Shown here: piece by piece, positions 9,384-19,828 of the stretch
How the letters are laid out: each line of letters opens with the position of its first letter
How positions within the stretch are numbered: the stretch's first letter is position 1
DNA from: Chloroflexota bacterium
GTDB taxonomy: Bacteria; Chloroflexota; Anaerolineae; Anaerolineales; Anaerolineaceae
Length of the DNA: 64,000 nt
Reading direction: 5' to 3'
Assembly (NCBI GenBank): GCA_040754815.1
Contig: JBFMBX010000003.1
Span: forward strand, 346,329 to 410,328
Notes under the pieces: model-generated
Databases searched by the model: none
Seen by the model: only the letters and a program-made list of their open reading frames with translations
Told to the model about the DNA's origin: nothing
Translations under genes and position numbers: made by a program

Positions 9384-11225
9384 ATGGGATTTTTTGCCGG
9401 TTTGGATGCCGAAAAATATGACCGAAAATACAAAGACCGGGAGTTGATCCGGCGAATTTTGTTGTATTTTCGTCCCCATTATTCACGTTTGATAATGGTG
9501 GGAATACTGGTTTTAGTCGTTTCTGGGTCGGGAGCTTTACTTCCTATTCTGGTTTCAAGAGGGATTGATTTTCTCAAAGATGAATTGACACCGGTTAATG
9601 TATTACTTATTCCCTTTGCAGTTATGCTGACCGGCGTGATTGCATGGCTGGCAAACTGGCAGGCACGGCGTCTGGTTGTTCGGTCGGTAGCCGATGTGGT
9701 TGCCCGCCTTGCCAATGAGGCATTTGCCTCAGCAGCGGAACACGACCTGTCTTTTTATGATCAGTTTTCTTCGGGAAAAATTGCATCTCGGATTACCAGT
9801 GATACGCAGGACTTTGGTCAACTGGTAATTTTGATAACGGATCTTGTTTCGCAGGTAGTTGAATCGGTGATTCTTGCCATTGTTTTGATTAACATTGAAC
9901 CGCGTTTATCTTTGACCTTATTTGTGATTGTACCGGTCATTAGTTTGCTGGCCGCCAGTTTTCGCAGTCTAGCCCGTAAAGTAACACGCGCCGGCATGAG
10001 GGCTATGGCGAATGTCAATCAAACCATTAAAGAAACCGTTTCGGGAATTGCAGTAGCAAAAAATTTCCGCCAGGAAAAGCGGATATTTGAGATTTTCGAC
10101 CAGTCCAACCGTTTATCCTATCAAGTCAATGTTCGGCGTGGTCTGGTGTTATCAATGGTGTTTCCGATTATGAATACAGTCGGTGGTTGGATGACGTCTT
10201 TACTTGTGTATTTGGGTGGTATAAGCGCTGTTCAAGGAGCAGTGACGGTTGGGGCATGGTATCTCTTTTTATTGAGTCTGGATCGTTTCATGTTCCCGGT
10301 CATGAACCTATCCTCTTTCTGGACTCAAGTTCAAAATGGTCTATCGGCTGCGGAGCGTGTTTTTGCTCTGATTGATGCCGATCCCAGTGTGGTACAGACG
10401 GGAAGCATCAAAGCTCCGCAATTGAAGGGCCGGATTGAGTTCAGACATGTGGATTTTCATTATAAAGATAATGAAGCGGTTTTAGAGGATTTCAATTTGC
10501 ATATTCAACCAGGCGAGTCGGTTGCACTGGTTGGTCATACCGGGGCGGGAAAGTCATCGATTGTTAAATTAATCGCCCGTTTTTATGAATTTCAACGGGG
10601 TGAAATTTTAATTGATGGTATGGATATTCGCAGTTTCGATTTGGGGAGTTATCGCTGTCAATTGGGAATTGTTTCTCAAGTACCATTCCTTTTTTCCGGA
10701 ACGATTCTTGAAAATATTCAATATTCCTGCAAAGGGGCCAGTGAGAAAGAGATTGAGAGATTGGCATATCAGATTGGTAACGGCGAATGGCTTGAATCGC
10801 TGCCGGATGGATTAATGACCCAGGTGGGGGAGCGCGGTAGCAGACTTTCGATGGGACAGCGTCAGCTGGTTTCTTTGATGAGGGTGCTGGTTCAGAAACC
10901 GGCTATATTTATGCTGGACGAAGCGACGGCGAGTATTGATCCATTTACCGAGCGGCAAATTCAACAAGCATTGGGGATGGTGCTTGCGCAATCAACCAGC
11001 ATTTTAATTGCCCACCGACTCTCAACGGTCAAAGCGGCGGATCGAATCATCGTACTCGATCATGGAAAAATTATCGAAGAGGGCAATCACCAACAATTAA
11101 TGGAGAAGGGAGGTCATTACGCAGAATTATATAATACCTACTTCCGTCATCAGTCGCTGTCTTATATTGAACAATCTGGAATGATGAAAGAACAAGCAAA
11201 GATTGAGATTACGAGGTTGCAATGA
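9384..11225 (+). CDS. ABC exporter fused permease/ATPase, heterodimer subunit B
   Basis: Walker A GHTGAGKS, degenerate signature LSMGQRQL, canonical LDEATASID; AGGAG RBS before ATG 9384. Confidence 0.9.
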   Translation: MGFFAGLDAEKYDRKYKDRELIRRILLYFRPHYSRLIMVGILVLVVSGSGALLPILVSRGIDFLKDELTPVNVLLIPFAVMLTGVIAWLANWQARRLVVRSVADVVARLANEAFASAAEHDLSFYDQFSSGKIASRITSDTQDFGQLVILITDLVSQVVESVILAIVLINIEPRLSLTLFVIVPVISLLAASFRSLARKVTRAGMRAMANVNQTIKETVSGIAVAKNFRQEKRIFEIFDQSNRLSYQVNVRRGLVLSMVFPIMNTVGGWMTSLLVYLGGISAVQGAVTVGAWYLFLLSLDRFMFPVMNLSSFWTQVQNGLSAAERVFALIDADPSVVQTGSIKAPQLKGRIEFRHVDFHYKDNEAVLEDFNLHIQPGESVALVGHTGAGKSSIVKLIARFYEFQRGEILIDGMDIRSFDLGSYRCQLGIVSQVPFLFSGTILENIQYSCKGASEKEIERLAYQIGNGEWLESLPDGLMTQVGERGSRLSMGQRQLVSLMRVLVQKPAIFMLDEATASIDPFTERQIQQALGMVLAQSTSILIAHRLSTVKAADRIIVLDHGKIIEEGNHQQLMEKGGHYAELYNTYFRHQSLSYIEQSGMMKEQAKIEITRLQ

Positions 11226-11701
11226 TTTATCGATTGTTGTCTATTTTTAACCGTATCGATCCGTTGATAACCGGTTTCATGGTGCGATATTCCATAATCT
11301 TTTTGCGAATCAGTCTGGGGATCAACTTTTTCTGGTTTGGAATATTAAAGTTTTTTCCGGGTTTAAGTCCTGCTCAAGGACTTGCAGCAAAAACTATTGA
11401 AGTTCTTTCTTTTGGGCTTATTGGCAGCGAGATTTCGGTACCAATTCTGGCATTATGGGAGTGCCTGATTGGGTTGGGGTTAATCAGTGGCAAGTTTTTA
11501 AGGCTCACCTTGTTCTTGCTTTTCCTGCAAATGGCAGGGACAATGACACCGCTGGTATTATTTCCTGCTGAAACGTTTGTTCGATTCCCGTACGCTCCCA
11601 CGTTAGAAGGTCAGTATATCATCAAGAATCTGGTCTTAATTTCGGCAGGGCTGGTTGTGGGTGCAACCGTGCGCGGCGGCCGAATTGTGGAAAAAATTTG
11701 A
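11222..11701 (+). CDS. DoxX/DUF417-like membrane protein
   Basis: FLRISLGINFFWFGILKFF and LEGQYIIKNLVLI; ATGA overlap with upstream gene. Confidence 0.8.
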   Translation: MIYRLLSIFNRIDPLITGFMVRYSIIFLRISLGINFFWFGILKFFPGLSPAQGLAAKTIEVLSFGLIGSEISVPILALWECLIGLGLISGKFLRLTLFLLFLQMAGTMTPLVLFPAETFVRFPYAPTLEGQYIIKNLVLISAGLVVGATVRGGRIVEKI

Positions 11702-11762
11702 GCAGGATTTCCCGATGAGTAATTGATTAATTCAAAGTTCTGAATTTGAGGGAGTGGTCAAA

Positions 11763-12890
11763 TCATAAGCCGCTGAAACTTTCTATATCCTTCCAGCCGG
11801 TAGTCACATATGTGGTCAGTTCGCTGACACTCAGGTCTTTAATTCCTAATTTATCTAACGTTCTGCCCCGCCGCCAGTAATCGGTACGATGAATAATGCA
11901 TGCCAGACGAATTACGCTGTTGATTCCATTTACCGAAACGCCGTAACGTTCCCCGAGAGAGGCTATCGGTACCAGACTCATGGGTACATCTTCAAAAATA
12001 TAGCGATGGTTAAGGGTGGCAGGTGCTTTGATGCCGTAATATCCGGTCTGATTGTGGATGCGCTCATGCAGCGTTTCACCCGTTACATTGTATGCTAATT
12101 CAAGCCATTCAAGGGCGGTGCGCGCACGAATACCCAATGCAGAAGCAACCGTTACCCTTTCGCGATCAAGAATTTCAAGGACTCGGGCAACTGAAGGTGT
12201 AACCCCGTCAATGTAAAATTCAAAATCTCCGTGTGTGGCTTCAATCCAACCGGCATTGAGAATGGTTAAGGCGGGATGAAAAATTGCACCCATATTGTTT
12301 AAACCGGTATGCAGTACATTCACCCCGTCAATATATTGGGGATATGCAACTCGAATCTGTTCCAGCACTAAAGGGGTCTTTACGGCTGGCAGGGCTGCTA
12401 ATGGCACCGCTTCTTTTATGCGGAAGATGCGTGCCTGGGCCGGACCATCCGCTCGACTGGCGTAAATGAAGGTTTCTGCTTCGGCGACGTTTACATCCAA
12501 ATTACAACCGCTGCGCCGGAGAATAACATCGAACTCAATGGCACCAAGGGTTCTACCGGGATGAAGGATGATGGTTTGACCTTCTCTTAAATGGCAGGCC
12601 ATCTTTTGGGCTATTTCGGCGTGAGCAGATGAAGGCAATACCACCATAATCACCTGTGCATCTTTAATGGCTGCGGCAATATCATCGGTAACCAGTTTTA
12701 TTCTGCCAAAGCCGCGTGGACCGCCTTCATAACTTTCCAAATCAATGCCGCCTCTTTTTGCTATTATTTCAATATGGGCATAGGTTCGATTATACAAAGT
12801 TACATCAAACCCCATCAAAGCCAGGTGGGCAGCCATTGCTTTTCCACCATTCCCCGCCCCAATCACTGCAAAGCGTGAAATCTCAGTCAT
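11763..12890 (-). CDS. NAD/NADP opine (octopine/nopaline) dehydrogenase family protein
   Basis: Rossmann VIGAGNGG, LHPGRTLG, NMGAIFHP and RYIFEDVPMSLVP, typical of the opine dehydrogenase C-terminal domain. Confidence 0.85.
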   Translation of the reverse strand: MTEISRFAVIGAGNGGKAMAAHLALMGFDVTLYNRTYAHIEIIAKRGGIDLESYEGGPRGFGRIKLVTDDIAAAIKDAQVIMVVLPSSAHAEIAQKMACHLREGQTIILHPGRTLGAIEFDVILRRSGCNLDVNVAEAETFIYASRADGPAQARIFRIKEAVPLAALPAVKTPLVLEQIRVAYPQYIDGVNVLHTGLNNMGAIFHPALTILNAGWIEATHGDFEFYIDGVTPSVARVLEILDRERVTVASALGIRARTALEWLELAYNVTGETLHERIHNQTGYYGIKAPATLNHRYIFEDVPMSLVPIASLGERYGVSVNGINSVIRLACIIHRTDYWRRGRTLDKLGIKDLSVSELTTYVTTGWKDIESFSGL

Positions 12891-14536
12891 TTTCTTTCAA
12901 TCCCTCCCGATGTGAAAATTTTTTCCAGACGCTGAAGTTCAGAAATGGGTTTCCCTGCATCATCAACAGCCAAACAAGCGCCCCCGATAATGCGGGTTTT
13001 GATTTGACCTTTACCAAAGCGATTATTTTTTAATTGGGGGGCATCCAGGATTCCGGATGTGACAGCCAATGCCAATCCTTCCGGATCGGTGAAGGCATCC
13101 CTTTCAGGATATTTGGACAATTTTTGTATGGCACTTAATGTTACTTTTGCTTCCGAAATTAATTGTTCTTTGCGCTTAATGATGGCTGGATCATAAAGCA
13201 TGACGGGTTGACCGGCCATGGCATTTTCAATAGCCCGACGAGCCATTCTTGCAGCTTCGATCACATCCTCGGCGGTGGCGGCATGATCTGCTTCGGTATG
13301 ACCAACAATATGAACAATATCTGGTTTAAGAGCCATTTGCAAATAAATGCTGGCGGCTAAATGAGCACGGGCAGCTGATTGTTCCAGCGGATAAGAAAGC
13401 AGGCCGGTTCTGGTTTGTAACCAGATACGGAAATCGGGACCGGCGAGAGGTTTAATCATCTCGATGATCGCCAGCATTTTGGCGAGATCCATGGCATCGG
13501 AAGTGCCGGCTGGGCTGTTAAACATCAATTGGGCAATATAATCCTTTACGCCAAATGCCTTCGCGTTATAAGCGGAAAGAAAGGCTGAGACTACAAAAAT
13601 TACATCGGGGGCATCGCGCATTCCCCAATGATGCGGCTCATTCAACTCCACGGGAACATTCCTCTCGCCGTACCATGCCATGACCTTCTGATGTTCGCGG
13701 ATTGATCCTGCCAGATCCCAAGGTCCTCGTCCATCCATTTGATTAAACCAGAACAATGGAATGGCGCACCAGGCATTATTGATGGTATCCATATACAATT
13801 CGGCAAGGCGGATAAAATCATCCGTGCCGGAGTATGTTCTCAAAAGCGGGTAATTTCCGGTTCGACTGGCTTCGTAAAGCAATCGGTAATCATCTGCAGA
13901 TCGAACCGGCACACCACCCGCGCCTTTACGCCGCGGGTTCTGTCTTTCGGGATGAAAAAAGTTCTCTTGAGCATCCTGGTCAATTCCTAATGAAATCACA
14001 TCAATTACGCGTGCTTCAGCAATTTCCTGTATGCCTTTCTTTGTTTCTTCGAGATCCGGTAAGCCGAAATGATGACGTAAAAGGGGATAGGGGGCTTTCC
14101 ATAAGCGTCGCTCAACCATAGTCTGTGGATATGAGGAGGCATCAGCAGAATATTCTGAATCTCCGCGCAGGTAGGTCAGGGTTTCTTCAGTCAATTCAGA
14201 ACCATCAAAGACCCTTTCAAAGAAGCCTAATTTTCGAGCTCGATCTGCCACGGGTGGTGTTCCTGCAAACGCAAAGCGAACCCCCTTCGATTTCAATTCA
14301 TCGGCGGCTTCGGCAAACTCACCCAACAACCTTTCACCGGATTCAGCCGTCAAACGGTAGGACACCCCAACCAAATCTGCTTTTTCATCAATCGCGGCCT
14401 GTATAAAATCTTTGACAGACACTGCCGGGCCAAGAAAAACCGTCCGCCAGCCTGCCATTTCTGCCAGTTTCAAAAAATTACTGACGCCGGCGACGTGAAC
14501 ACATTCGCCCAATGCACCGGCAACAACCGTTTTCAT
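12887..14536 (-). CDS. Cobalamin-binding protein: N-terminal glutamate-mutase-S-like B12 domain fused to a putative barrel domain; function unknown
   Basis: KTVVAGALGECVHVAG...FIQAAIDEKADLVGVSYRL resembles a base-off/His-on B12 domain; stop overlaps the opine dehydrogenase start. Confidence 0.75.
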   Translation of the reverse strand: MKTVVAGALGECVHVAGVSNFLKLAEMAGWRTVFLGPAVSVKDFIQAAIDEKADLVGVSYRLTAESGERLLGEFAEAADELKSKGVRFAFAGTPPVADRARKLGFFERVFDGSELTEETLTYLRGDSEYSADASSYPQTMVERRLWKAPYPLLRHHFGLPDLEETKKGIQEIAEARVIDVISLGIDQDAQENFFHPERQNPRRKGAGGVPVRSADDYRLLYEASRTGNYPLLRTYSGTDDFIRLAELYMDTINNAWCAIPLFWFNQMDGRGPWDLAGSIREHQKVMAWYGERNVPVELNEPHHWGMRDAPDVIFVVSAFLSAYNAKAFGVKDYIAQLMFNSPAGTSDAMDLAKMLAIIEMIKPLAGPDFRIWLQTRTGLLSYPLEQSAARAHLAASIYLQMALKPDIVHIVGHTEADHAATAEDVIEAARMARRAIENAMAGQPVMLYDPAIIKRKEQLISEAKVTLSAIQKLSKYPERDAFTDPEGLALAVTSGILDAPQLKNNRFGKGQIKTRIIGGACLAVDDAGKPISELQRLEKIFTSGGIERK

Positions 14537-14760
14537 AAGAACCTCCGTTTTTTTTTACACAAAACACGTTCGAAAAGCTTTCATCTCATCCACCATTAAA
14601 GACCTACGAATGTGCAGGTGGGTGATGGCGAGTTTTTAATAACGCCATAATGCAGTTTCTGAAAATTCATTATAACGGAAAAATCTTTAAATTTATGCAA
14701 CCAAACTGCAAATTGATCATCTAATACCATGGCTAAACTTATTATCTGGAGCAGTGAACC

Positions 14761-15018
14761 ATGAGTGGAACAACTATGAATTATCCCAGAGTGATCATCT
14801 TTACTACACCGACCTGTACCTATTGTAATATGACAAAAAAATACCTGCGTGAAAAGGGTGTTCGGTTCAAGGAGGTGGATGTCAGTCGCGATTCGGCAGC
14901 TGCACGAGACATGGTGAGAAGATCGGGACAAATGGGGGTGCCGGTGCTGGATATTGGAGGAAAAATCGTGGTCGGATTTGACCGATCTAAAATTAATCAA
15001 TATTTAGGCATTAAATAA
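14761..15018 (+). CDS. Glutaredoxin-like (NrdH/YruB type) redoxin
   Basis: FTTPTCTYC CxxC, SGQMGVP cis-Pro motif, IVVGFDR. Confidence 0.9.
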   Translation: MSGTTMNYPRVIIFTTPTCTYCNMTKKYLREKGVRFKEVDVSRDSAAARDMVRRSGQMGVPVLDIGGKIVVGFDRSKINQYLGIK

Positions 15019-15032
15019 TTGTGGAGGTAAAT

Positions 15033-15308
15033 ATGTCAGAAATCAAAATTCAACCGATGGGTGCCCGCATTCTCGTTAAACCGCTGGAGCAAGAATCCAA
15101 AACTGCCACAGGTTTGTATATTCCAGAAACTGCCAAAGAGAAACCTCAAACCGGTATTGTTATGGCGGTTGGAGATGAGGAGGAGATCAAGCTCAGAGTC
15201 AATGATAAAGTGTTATTTGCAAAGTACAGCGGAACTGAAATAAAAATTGGCAATGAGGATTATCTCATTATGGAATGTGGGGATGTTTTAGCTAAGGTTT
15301 TGGATTAA
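15033..15308 (+). CDS. groES: Co-chaperonin GroES
   Basis: IQPMGARILVK, GLYIPETAKEKPQTGIV, KVLFAKYSGTEIK; GGAGG RBS before ATG 15033. Confidence 0.95.
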   Translation: MSEIKIQPMGARILVKPLEQESKTATGLYIPETAKEKPQTGIVMAVGDEEEIKLRVNDKVLFAKYSGTEIKIGNEDYLIMECGDVLAKVLD

Positions 15309-15335
15309 ATTTTTGATTCTTGTTTAAATTGAATT

Positions 15336-15362
15336 GGGCTGTCTGAAATAATCAGGCAGCCC
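15336..15362 (+). terminator. Hairpin after grx-groES
   Basis: gggctgtctga / tcaggcagccc stem (one G-U pair) with aataa loop; weak U tail. Confidence 0.5.
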
Positions 15363-15365
15363 ATT

Positions 15366-16052
15366 ATGAGTTTATGGCCTATAATTAAGGTCATGTTCGA
15401 GGGTCTGAGAATTCGTCCTTATCGAGCGGAAGATCGGGAATCGTTATTAAAAATCGCGGCAGATACAGCGTTTTTTGGTGAAGCCGTCGAAAAGTTTATT
15501 GAAGATCGGCGGATTTTTCTGGATGCTTTCTACCTTTATTACACCGACTATGAACCGCAACATAGCTGGGTTGCGGTATGTAATGAGCAGGTAGTAGGAT
15601 TTTTGACGGGTTGTTATGACACCAGATTACAAAGAGAATACACCGGTAAAGTGCTGGAAAAACGAGCACTGAAAAAAGTATTGACTGGTAAATATCGGTT
15701 GGGCAAAAAATTCTTACGATATTTATTCAGATATTGGATGAGCAAGATGATTTTTGAAAAAACGGCAGTGGACTTGACCCAATATCCTGCCCATTTCCAT
15801 ATCAACGTTGAAAGTAAATGGCGGGGTCAGGGGATTGGAAGAAATTTAATCGAGACGTATTTGAAACATCTGGAAAAGGATGGAATTTGCGGTGTTCATT
15901 TACAGACGACGAGTTTCAATAAGGTTGCGGTAGGTTTATACGAAAAAATGGGGTTTAAACTTTTATCCTCTGTACCTTCCTATCTCTGGCAGTCGCTGGT
16001 AAATGAGCCGATTTATGAGCTGACTTATGGAAAGATTTTGCTTCTGAGGTAA
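15366..16052 (+). CDS. GNAT-family N-acetyltransferase
   Basis: AHFHINVESKWRGQGIG acetyl-CoA motif and AVGLYEKMGF; true start may be ATG 15393. Confidence 0.85.
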   Translation: MSLWPIIKVMFEGLRIRPYRAEDRESLLKIAADTAFFGEAVEKFIEDRRIFLDAFYLYYTDYEPQHSWVAVCNEQVVGFLTGCYDTRLQREYTGKVLEKRALKKVLTGKYRLGKKFLRYLFRYWMSKMIFEKTAVDLTQYPAHFHINVESKWRGQGIGRNLIETYLKHLEKDGICGVHLQTTSFNKVAVGLYEKMGFKLLSSVPSYLWQSLVNEPIYELTYGKILLLR

Positions 16053-16212
16053 AATTTCCCTTGGAGGGGGTGAATAAGACCACTTAACAATTCTGAAAGT
16101 AAAATCGCAAAAATATTGCATAGAAAATTATCTATTTCATTACAATTATTATTACAATTGATTTATTCAGGGCTGGTAAGATTAAATAAACCATGAAGCT
16201 GGTGGTCAAATA

Positions 16213-19149
16213 ATGACATTATTCAATCGTTCAGCATCAAGAAGTATCCGCAATCAGATGCGTCTGATTCTATTGTTGATATTTCTTGCTTTTTTAGTCA
16301 TTGATGGCTTGGGTATCTGGTTATTTGTTTATCGCCTCGAACGGAACGGTTGGGATCAAAGACAAAATGAAGCGACAATAAATGCAAGCAATTCCATCAA
16401 TCAGAGTCTTGAACGAGTAAAGTCGGCGCTTTACTGGTTGGGAAACTTTGGAGATCCTGCCAGTTTAGAGGATCCGGTAGTTGTCCGCACTCTCGAAAGC
16501 CAGTTGCCGGATTTGTTGGAGTTTGTCTATCTTGATCGGAACGGTGAGGTTTTAACCAATGTCGTTTACGATAAAGGAGAAAGCCTGGTAGATAACGAAC
16601 AATTGAGGCATTCCCCCTGGTTTTTACACGCCCGCAATGGTGATTCTTTTGTAGGGGGGGTGAACTTTACTGGGGATAATAGACCTTACATAATTTTTTC
16701 AGCGCCGGTAATTAGAAATGGGAATATTATTGCCGTACGATTGAACGCTCAATTTCTACGAGAAGTGGTTGATCGGTTTGAGTTTGGAAATATGGGGGTT
16801 GTATATATTGTGGATACGGATGGTTCGATTATTATCCATTCCGATCCCAATGCGAGTTTAAATCAGGTCAATTTAAGAAATCGCCCTGAAATCAGAGAGA
16901 TTATCCAATCGGATAATTACAGATGGGAAGGAGAATATACTAATTTTCAAGATAAATATGTTTCTGGAGTCAGCATTGCCATCCCTGCAACCAGTTGGAT
17001 ATTGATTACAGAAATTCCATTGGATGAAATTTATCAAAATACGCGGCTGGCGGCCACGTTACTAATAACCGGTTTGTTAATTTTGGGATTGTTGTTAATA
17101 CCAGTTTATTATCTATTATTTGAAAGGATGTTATTGAGACCATTAAATGTATTAAGTGAAGGTTTTCAAAGGATTGGAGATGGTGATTTGGAATTTCGAG
17201 TTTCTTCATTTCCTGTAATTGAATGGAATGATTTGGGATCTTCACTCAACCAGATGGCTTCTGAATTGCAGAAAAGAGATACTACTTTGAGAATTCAATA
17301 TCAAAAAATAGAACAGGAAATAGAAGAAAGGCAAAAAGCAGAAGAGGCGCTGCGCATTCTTAACCTGGAACTCGAACAGCGTGTGGAAGAACGTACCCGA
17401 CAATTATCTGCAATAAATGAGAACTTGAAAAAAGAAATTTTAGAACGAGAGAGATTAGAAAGGTTGTATCAAAACTTGATCGAGAAAATGCCGGCGGTTT
17501 TCTATGTGCTTGATATCAATAAAATTGCTTTTTCCTTTGTAAGCCCCCAAATATTTGAATTAACTGGATGGACACAGAAAGACTGGATTGAAAACGATAA
17601 TCTTCGTCTTTATGCAATTCATCCTGAGGATGTTCAGGAATTTACAACATCCTTTAGGCGTGCTATTGAACATGGAGAGCCTTATCATCTGGAATATCGA
17701 ATGATCCATCGAAATGGAGATGTGATTTGGGTGGAAGATTATGCATCTCCATTGAGTGATGGAGAAAAAGAGATTGAATCGTATCAGGGCGTGATTTTAG
17801 ATATTACCATTCGCAAAAAGGCTGAAGCGGAACTGGTTTATAACGCATATCACGACGTGCTTACCGGTTTGAAAAACCGGGCATACCTGGTCGAAAGGCT
17901 TAATCAAATATTATCCCGCCGACATCACTCCGATGATCAGCCATTATTTAGTCTTTTGTTTATGGATCTGGATCGTTTCAAAATTATCAATGATAGTCTG
18001 GGACATCGGACTGGGGATCAGTTATTAATTGAAGCGGCAAGTCGGTTGCAAAAGAATTTATTCCCAACCAGTACTCTGGCTCGTTTTGGGGGAGATGAGT
18101 TTGTATTACTGGTTGAAGGTGAGGATCCAAGGCGGGATGCTATACAATTGGCCGATCAAATTTTGATTGATTTTCAATCACCATTTCTGCTGGATGGTCG
18201 TTCATTATTTACTACAATCAGTATGGGAGTGGTCATTGATAATGGAGAATATCAGCAGCCGGATGAAGTTTTAAGAGACGCGGATATTGCCATGTACCGG
18301 GCAAAGGCAAGAGGTAGAGCGTGTTATGAGGTGTTTTCAAAACCGTTGCTGGATCAGGTGATTAGCCGGCATCAAATTGAAGCGCTATTACGAGATGCCC
18401 TTAATAAAAATGAGTTTAATTTATATTACCAGCCGATTATTTCTCTGCGAGACAATCGGGTGGTTGGTTTTGAGGCTCTAATCCGTTGGGTTACCCCGCA
18501 ACTGGGTCTGATTCAACCATCTGAATTTATTACCCTGGCGGAAGAAACCGGGTTAATTCATCAAATAGACCGCTGGGTTATGTATGAGGCATGCAGACAG
18601 GTGCAGGAGTGGTATCAGAGAGGATTATCTGCTCACCCATTCACGGTTAGTGTAAACTTATCTGGGAGTTTGCTGCAGCAAGGCAACGTGGTGGAAATGA
18701 TCAGAGAAATTTTGAAAGATACCGGTTTGCCTTCCAAGGCTTTGAAAATTGAGTTAACGGAGAGTGTGTTTTTAGAGACCAGCGGTTTGATAAATCAACA
18801 ACTTCAGGAAATTCGGGATCTAGGCATCCATTTGCAAATTGATGATTTTGGCACGGGTTATTCTTCCCTCTCGTATTTGCAGCGGTTTCCAATTACCGCC
18901 ATTAAAATTGATCGAAGTTTTATCAGCCGGATTAATTCAAAATCCTCTGGCACGGAAATAGTTCAGGCAATTATTGTGCTAGCCAAAGAACTTGGATTAG
19001 AAACAATTGCCGAAGGGGTGGAAACCATTGATCAGCTTCACTGGTTGAAGCAAGCCGGCTGTGATTATGGACAGGGTTATTTACTTTACAGACCTATGGA
19101 TGCCGAATCGACAGAAAAATTATTAAGCAATCTCGACAATGAGAATTGA
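16213..19149 (+). CDS. Membrane sensor with Cache-like, HAMP, PAS/PAC, GGDEF and EAL domains
   Basis: Two TM helices flank an extracellular domain; HPED...[14 protein letters not shown]; ARFGGDEF; GFEALIRW; [14 protein letters not shown]. Confidence 0.92.
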   Translation: MTLFNRSASRSIRNQMRLILLLIFLAFLVIDGLGIWLFVYRLERNGWDQRQNEATINASNSINQSLERVKSALYWLGNFGDPASLEDPVVVRTLESQLPDLLEFVYLDRNGEVLTNVVYDKGESLVDNEQLRHSPWFLHARNGDSFVGGVNFTGDNRPYIIFSAPVIRNGNIIAVRLNAQFLREVVDRFEFGNMGVVYIVDTDGSIIIHSDPNASLNQVNLRNRPEIREIIQSDNYRWEGEYTNFQDKYVSGVSIAIPATSWILITEIPLDEIYQNTRLAATLLITGLLILGLLLIPVYYLLFERMLLRPLNVLSEGFQRIGDGDLEFRVSSFPVIEWNDLGSSLNQMASELQKRDTTLRIQYQKIEQEIEERQKAEEALRILNLELEQRVEERTRQLSAINENLKKEILERERLERLYQNLIEKMPAVFYVLDINKIAFSFVSPQIFELTGWTQKDWIENDNLRLYAIHPEDVQEFTTSFRRAIEHGEPYHLEYRMIHRNGDVIWVEDYASPLSDGEKEIESYQGVILDITIRKKAEAELVYNAYHDVLTGLKNRAYLVERLNQILSRRHHSDDQPLFSLLFMDLDRFKIINDSLGHRTGDQLLIEAASRLQKNLFPTSTLARFGGDEFVLLVEGEDPRRDAIQLADQILIDFQSPFLLDGRSLFTTISMGVVIDNGEYQQPDEVLRDADIAMYRAKARGRACYEVFSKPLLDQVISRHQIEALLRDALNKNEFNLYYQPIISLRDNRVVGFEALIRWVTPQLGLIQPSEFITLAEETGLIHQIDRWVMYEACRQVQEWYQRGLSAHPFTVSVNLSGSLLQQGNVVEMIREILKDTGLPSKALKIELTESVFLETSGLINQQLQEIRDLGIHLQIDDFGTGYSSLSYLQRFPITAIKIDRSFISRINSKSSGTEIVQAIIVLAKELGLETIAEGVETIDQLHWLKQAGCDYGQGYLLYRPMDAESTEKLLSNLDNEN

Positions 19150-19246
19150 ACAATCTCGTTAGAAGTAACCCGGTTACAGTATCCAATTCTTTCCAATAAA
19201 TGAAGAAAGGTATTTTCGAAAATAAATGAATTATTAAAGGTGTCGA

Positions 19247-19813
19247 ATGGAAAAAATAAAACACTTTGATTGGCTTGCCCCGGTTTATGAAAAATTTTTT
19301 TCCAAAAAAGCTTCTCAGAAGTTATTACAATCTCTGACTCTGATGGAAAACCAATTAATTCTGGATATCGGAGGAGGAACAGGTCGCGTTGCACAAGGAC
19401 TTATAGGTGATGGCAGAAAGGTTGTCGTCGCAGATTTTTCATTTCAAATGTTATTGGAAGCAAAACATAAAAGCGATCTGTGCTGTGTTACTTGTAATGC
19501 ATTGGTTTTACCTTTTGAAGATCATCTTTTTGATAGAATTGTCATGGTAGACACTCTTCATCATCTTTTTGAACAGGAAATTTCCCTTAGAGAATTATGG
19601 CGAGTTTTGAAACCATCGGGTTTGATTGTAATTGAAGAGCCGGATATTTCACGATTTACGGTTAAGATCATAGCACTCATAGAGAAGGTTCTGTTGATGA
19701 AAAGTAAGTTCCTCAAATCGCAGGAATTGATTAACTTACTCAAACTTGTGAATCCTGTTGAAATAAGCGAATATAAAGAAAACAATACCTATTGGATAGT
19801 TGCCACTAAATAA
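19247..19813 (+). CDS. Class I SAM-dependent methyltransferase
   Basis: ILDIGGGTG motif I, VVVADFS, LPFEDHLFD. Confidence 0.85.
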   Translation: MEKIKHFDWLAPVYEKFFSKKASQKLLQSLTLMENQLILDIGGGTGRVAQGLIGDGRKVVVADFSFQMLLEAKHKSDLCCVTCNALVLPFEDHLFDRIVMVDTLHHLFEQEISLRELWRVLKPSGLIVIEEPDISRFTVKIIALIEKVLLMKSKFLKSQELINLLKLVNPVEISEYKENNTYWIVATK

Positions 19814-19828
19814 GGAGGATTTATTAAG

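Noticed and set aside
12887-14536. Calling this methylmalonyl-CoA mutase, methionine synthase or an aminomutase
   Set aside because: Domain order, size and motifs do not match, and no PLP-lysine motif is seen; left as function unknown
14537-14760. Possible cobalamin riboswitch or CIRCE element in the divergent intergenic region
   Set aside because: No B12-box/GGGAA core and no TTAGCACTC-N9-GAGTGCTAA found by eye; an Infernal search would settle it
14596-15000. 134-aa His/Ser/Cys-rich minus-strand ORF
   Set aside because: Antisense shadow of the glutaredoxin gene with no RBS or domain
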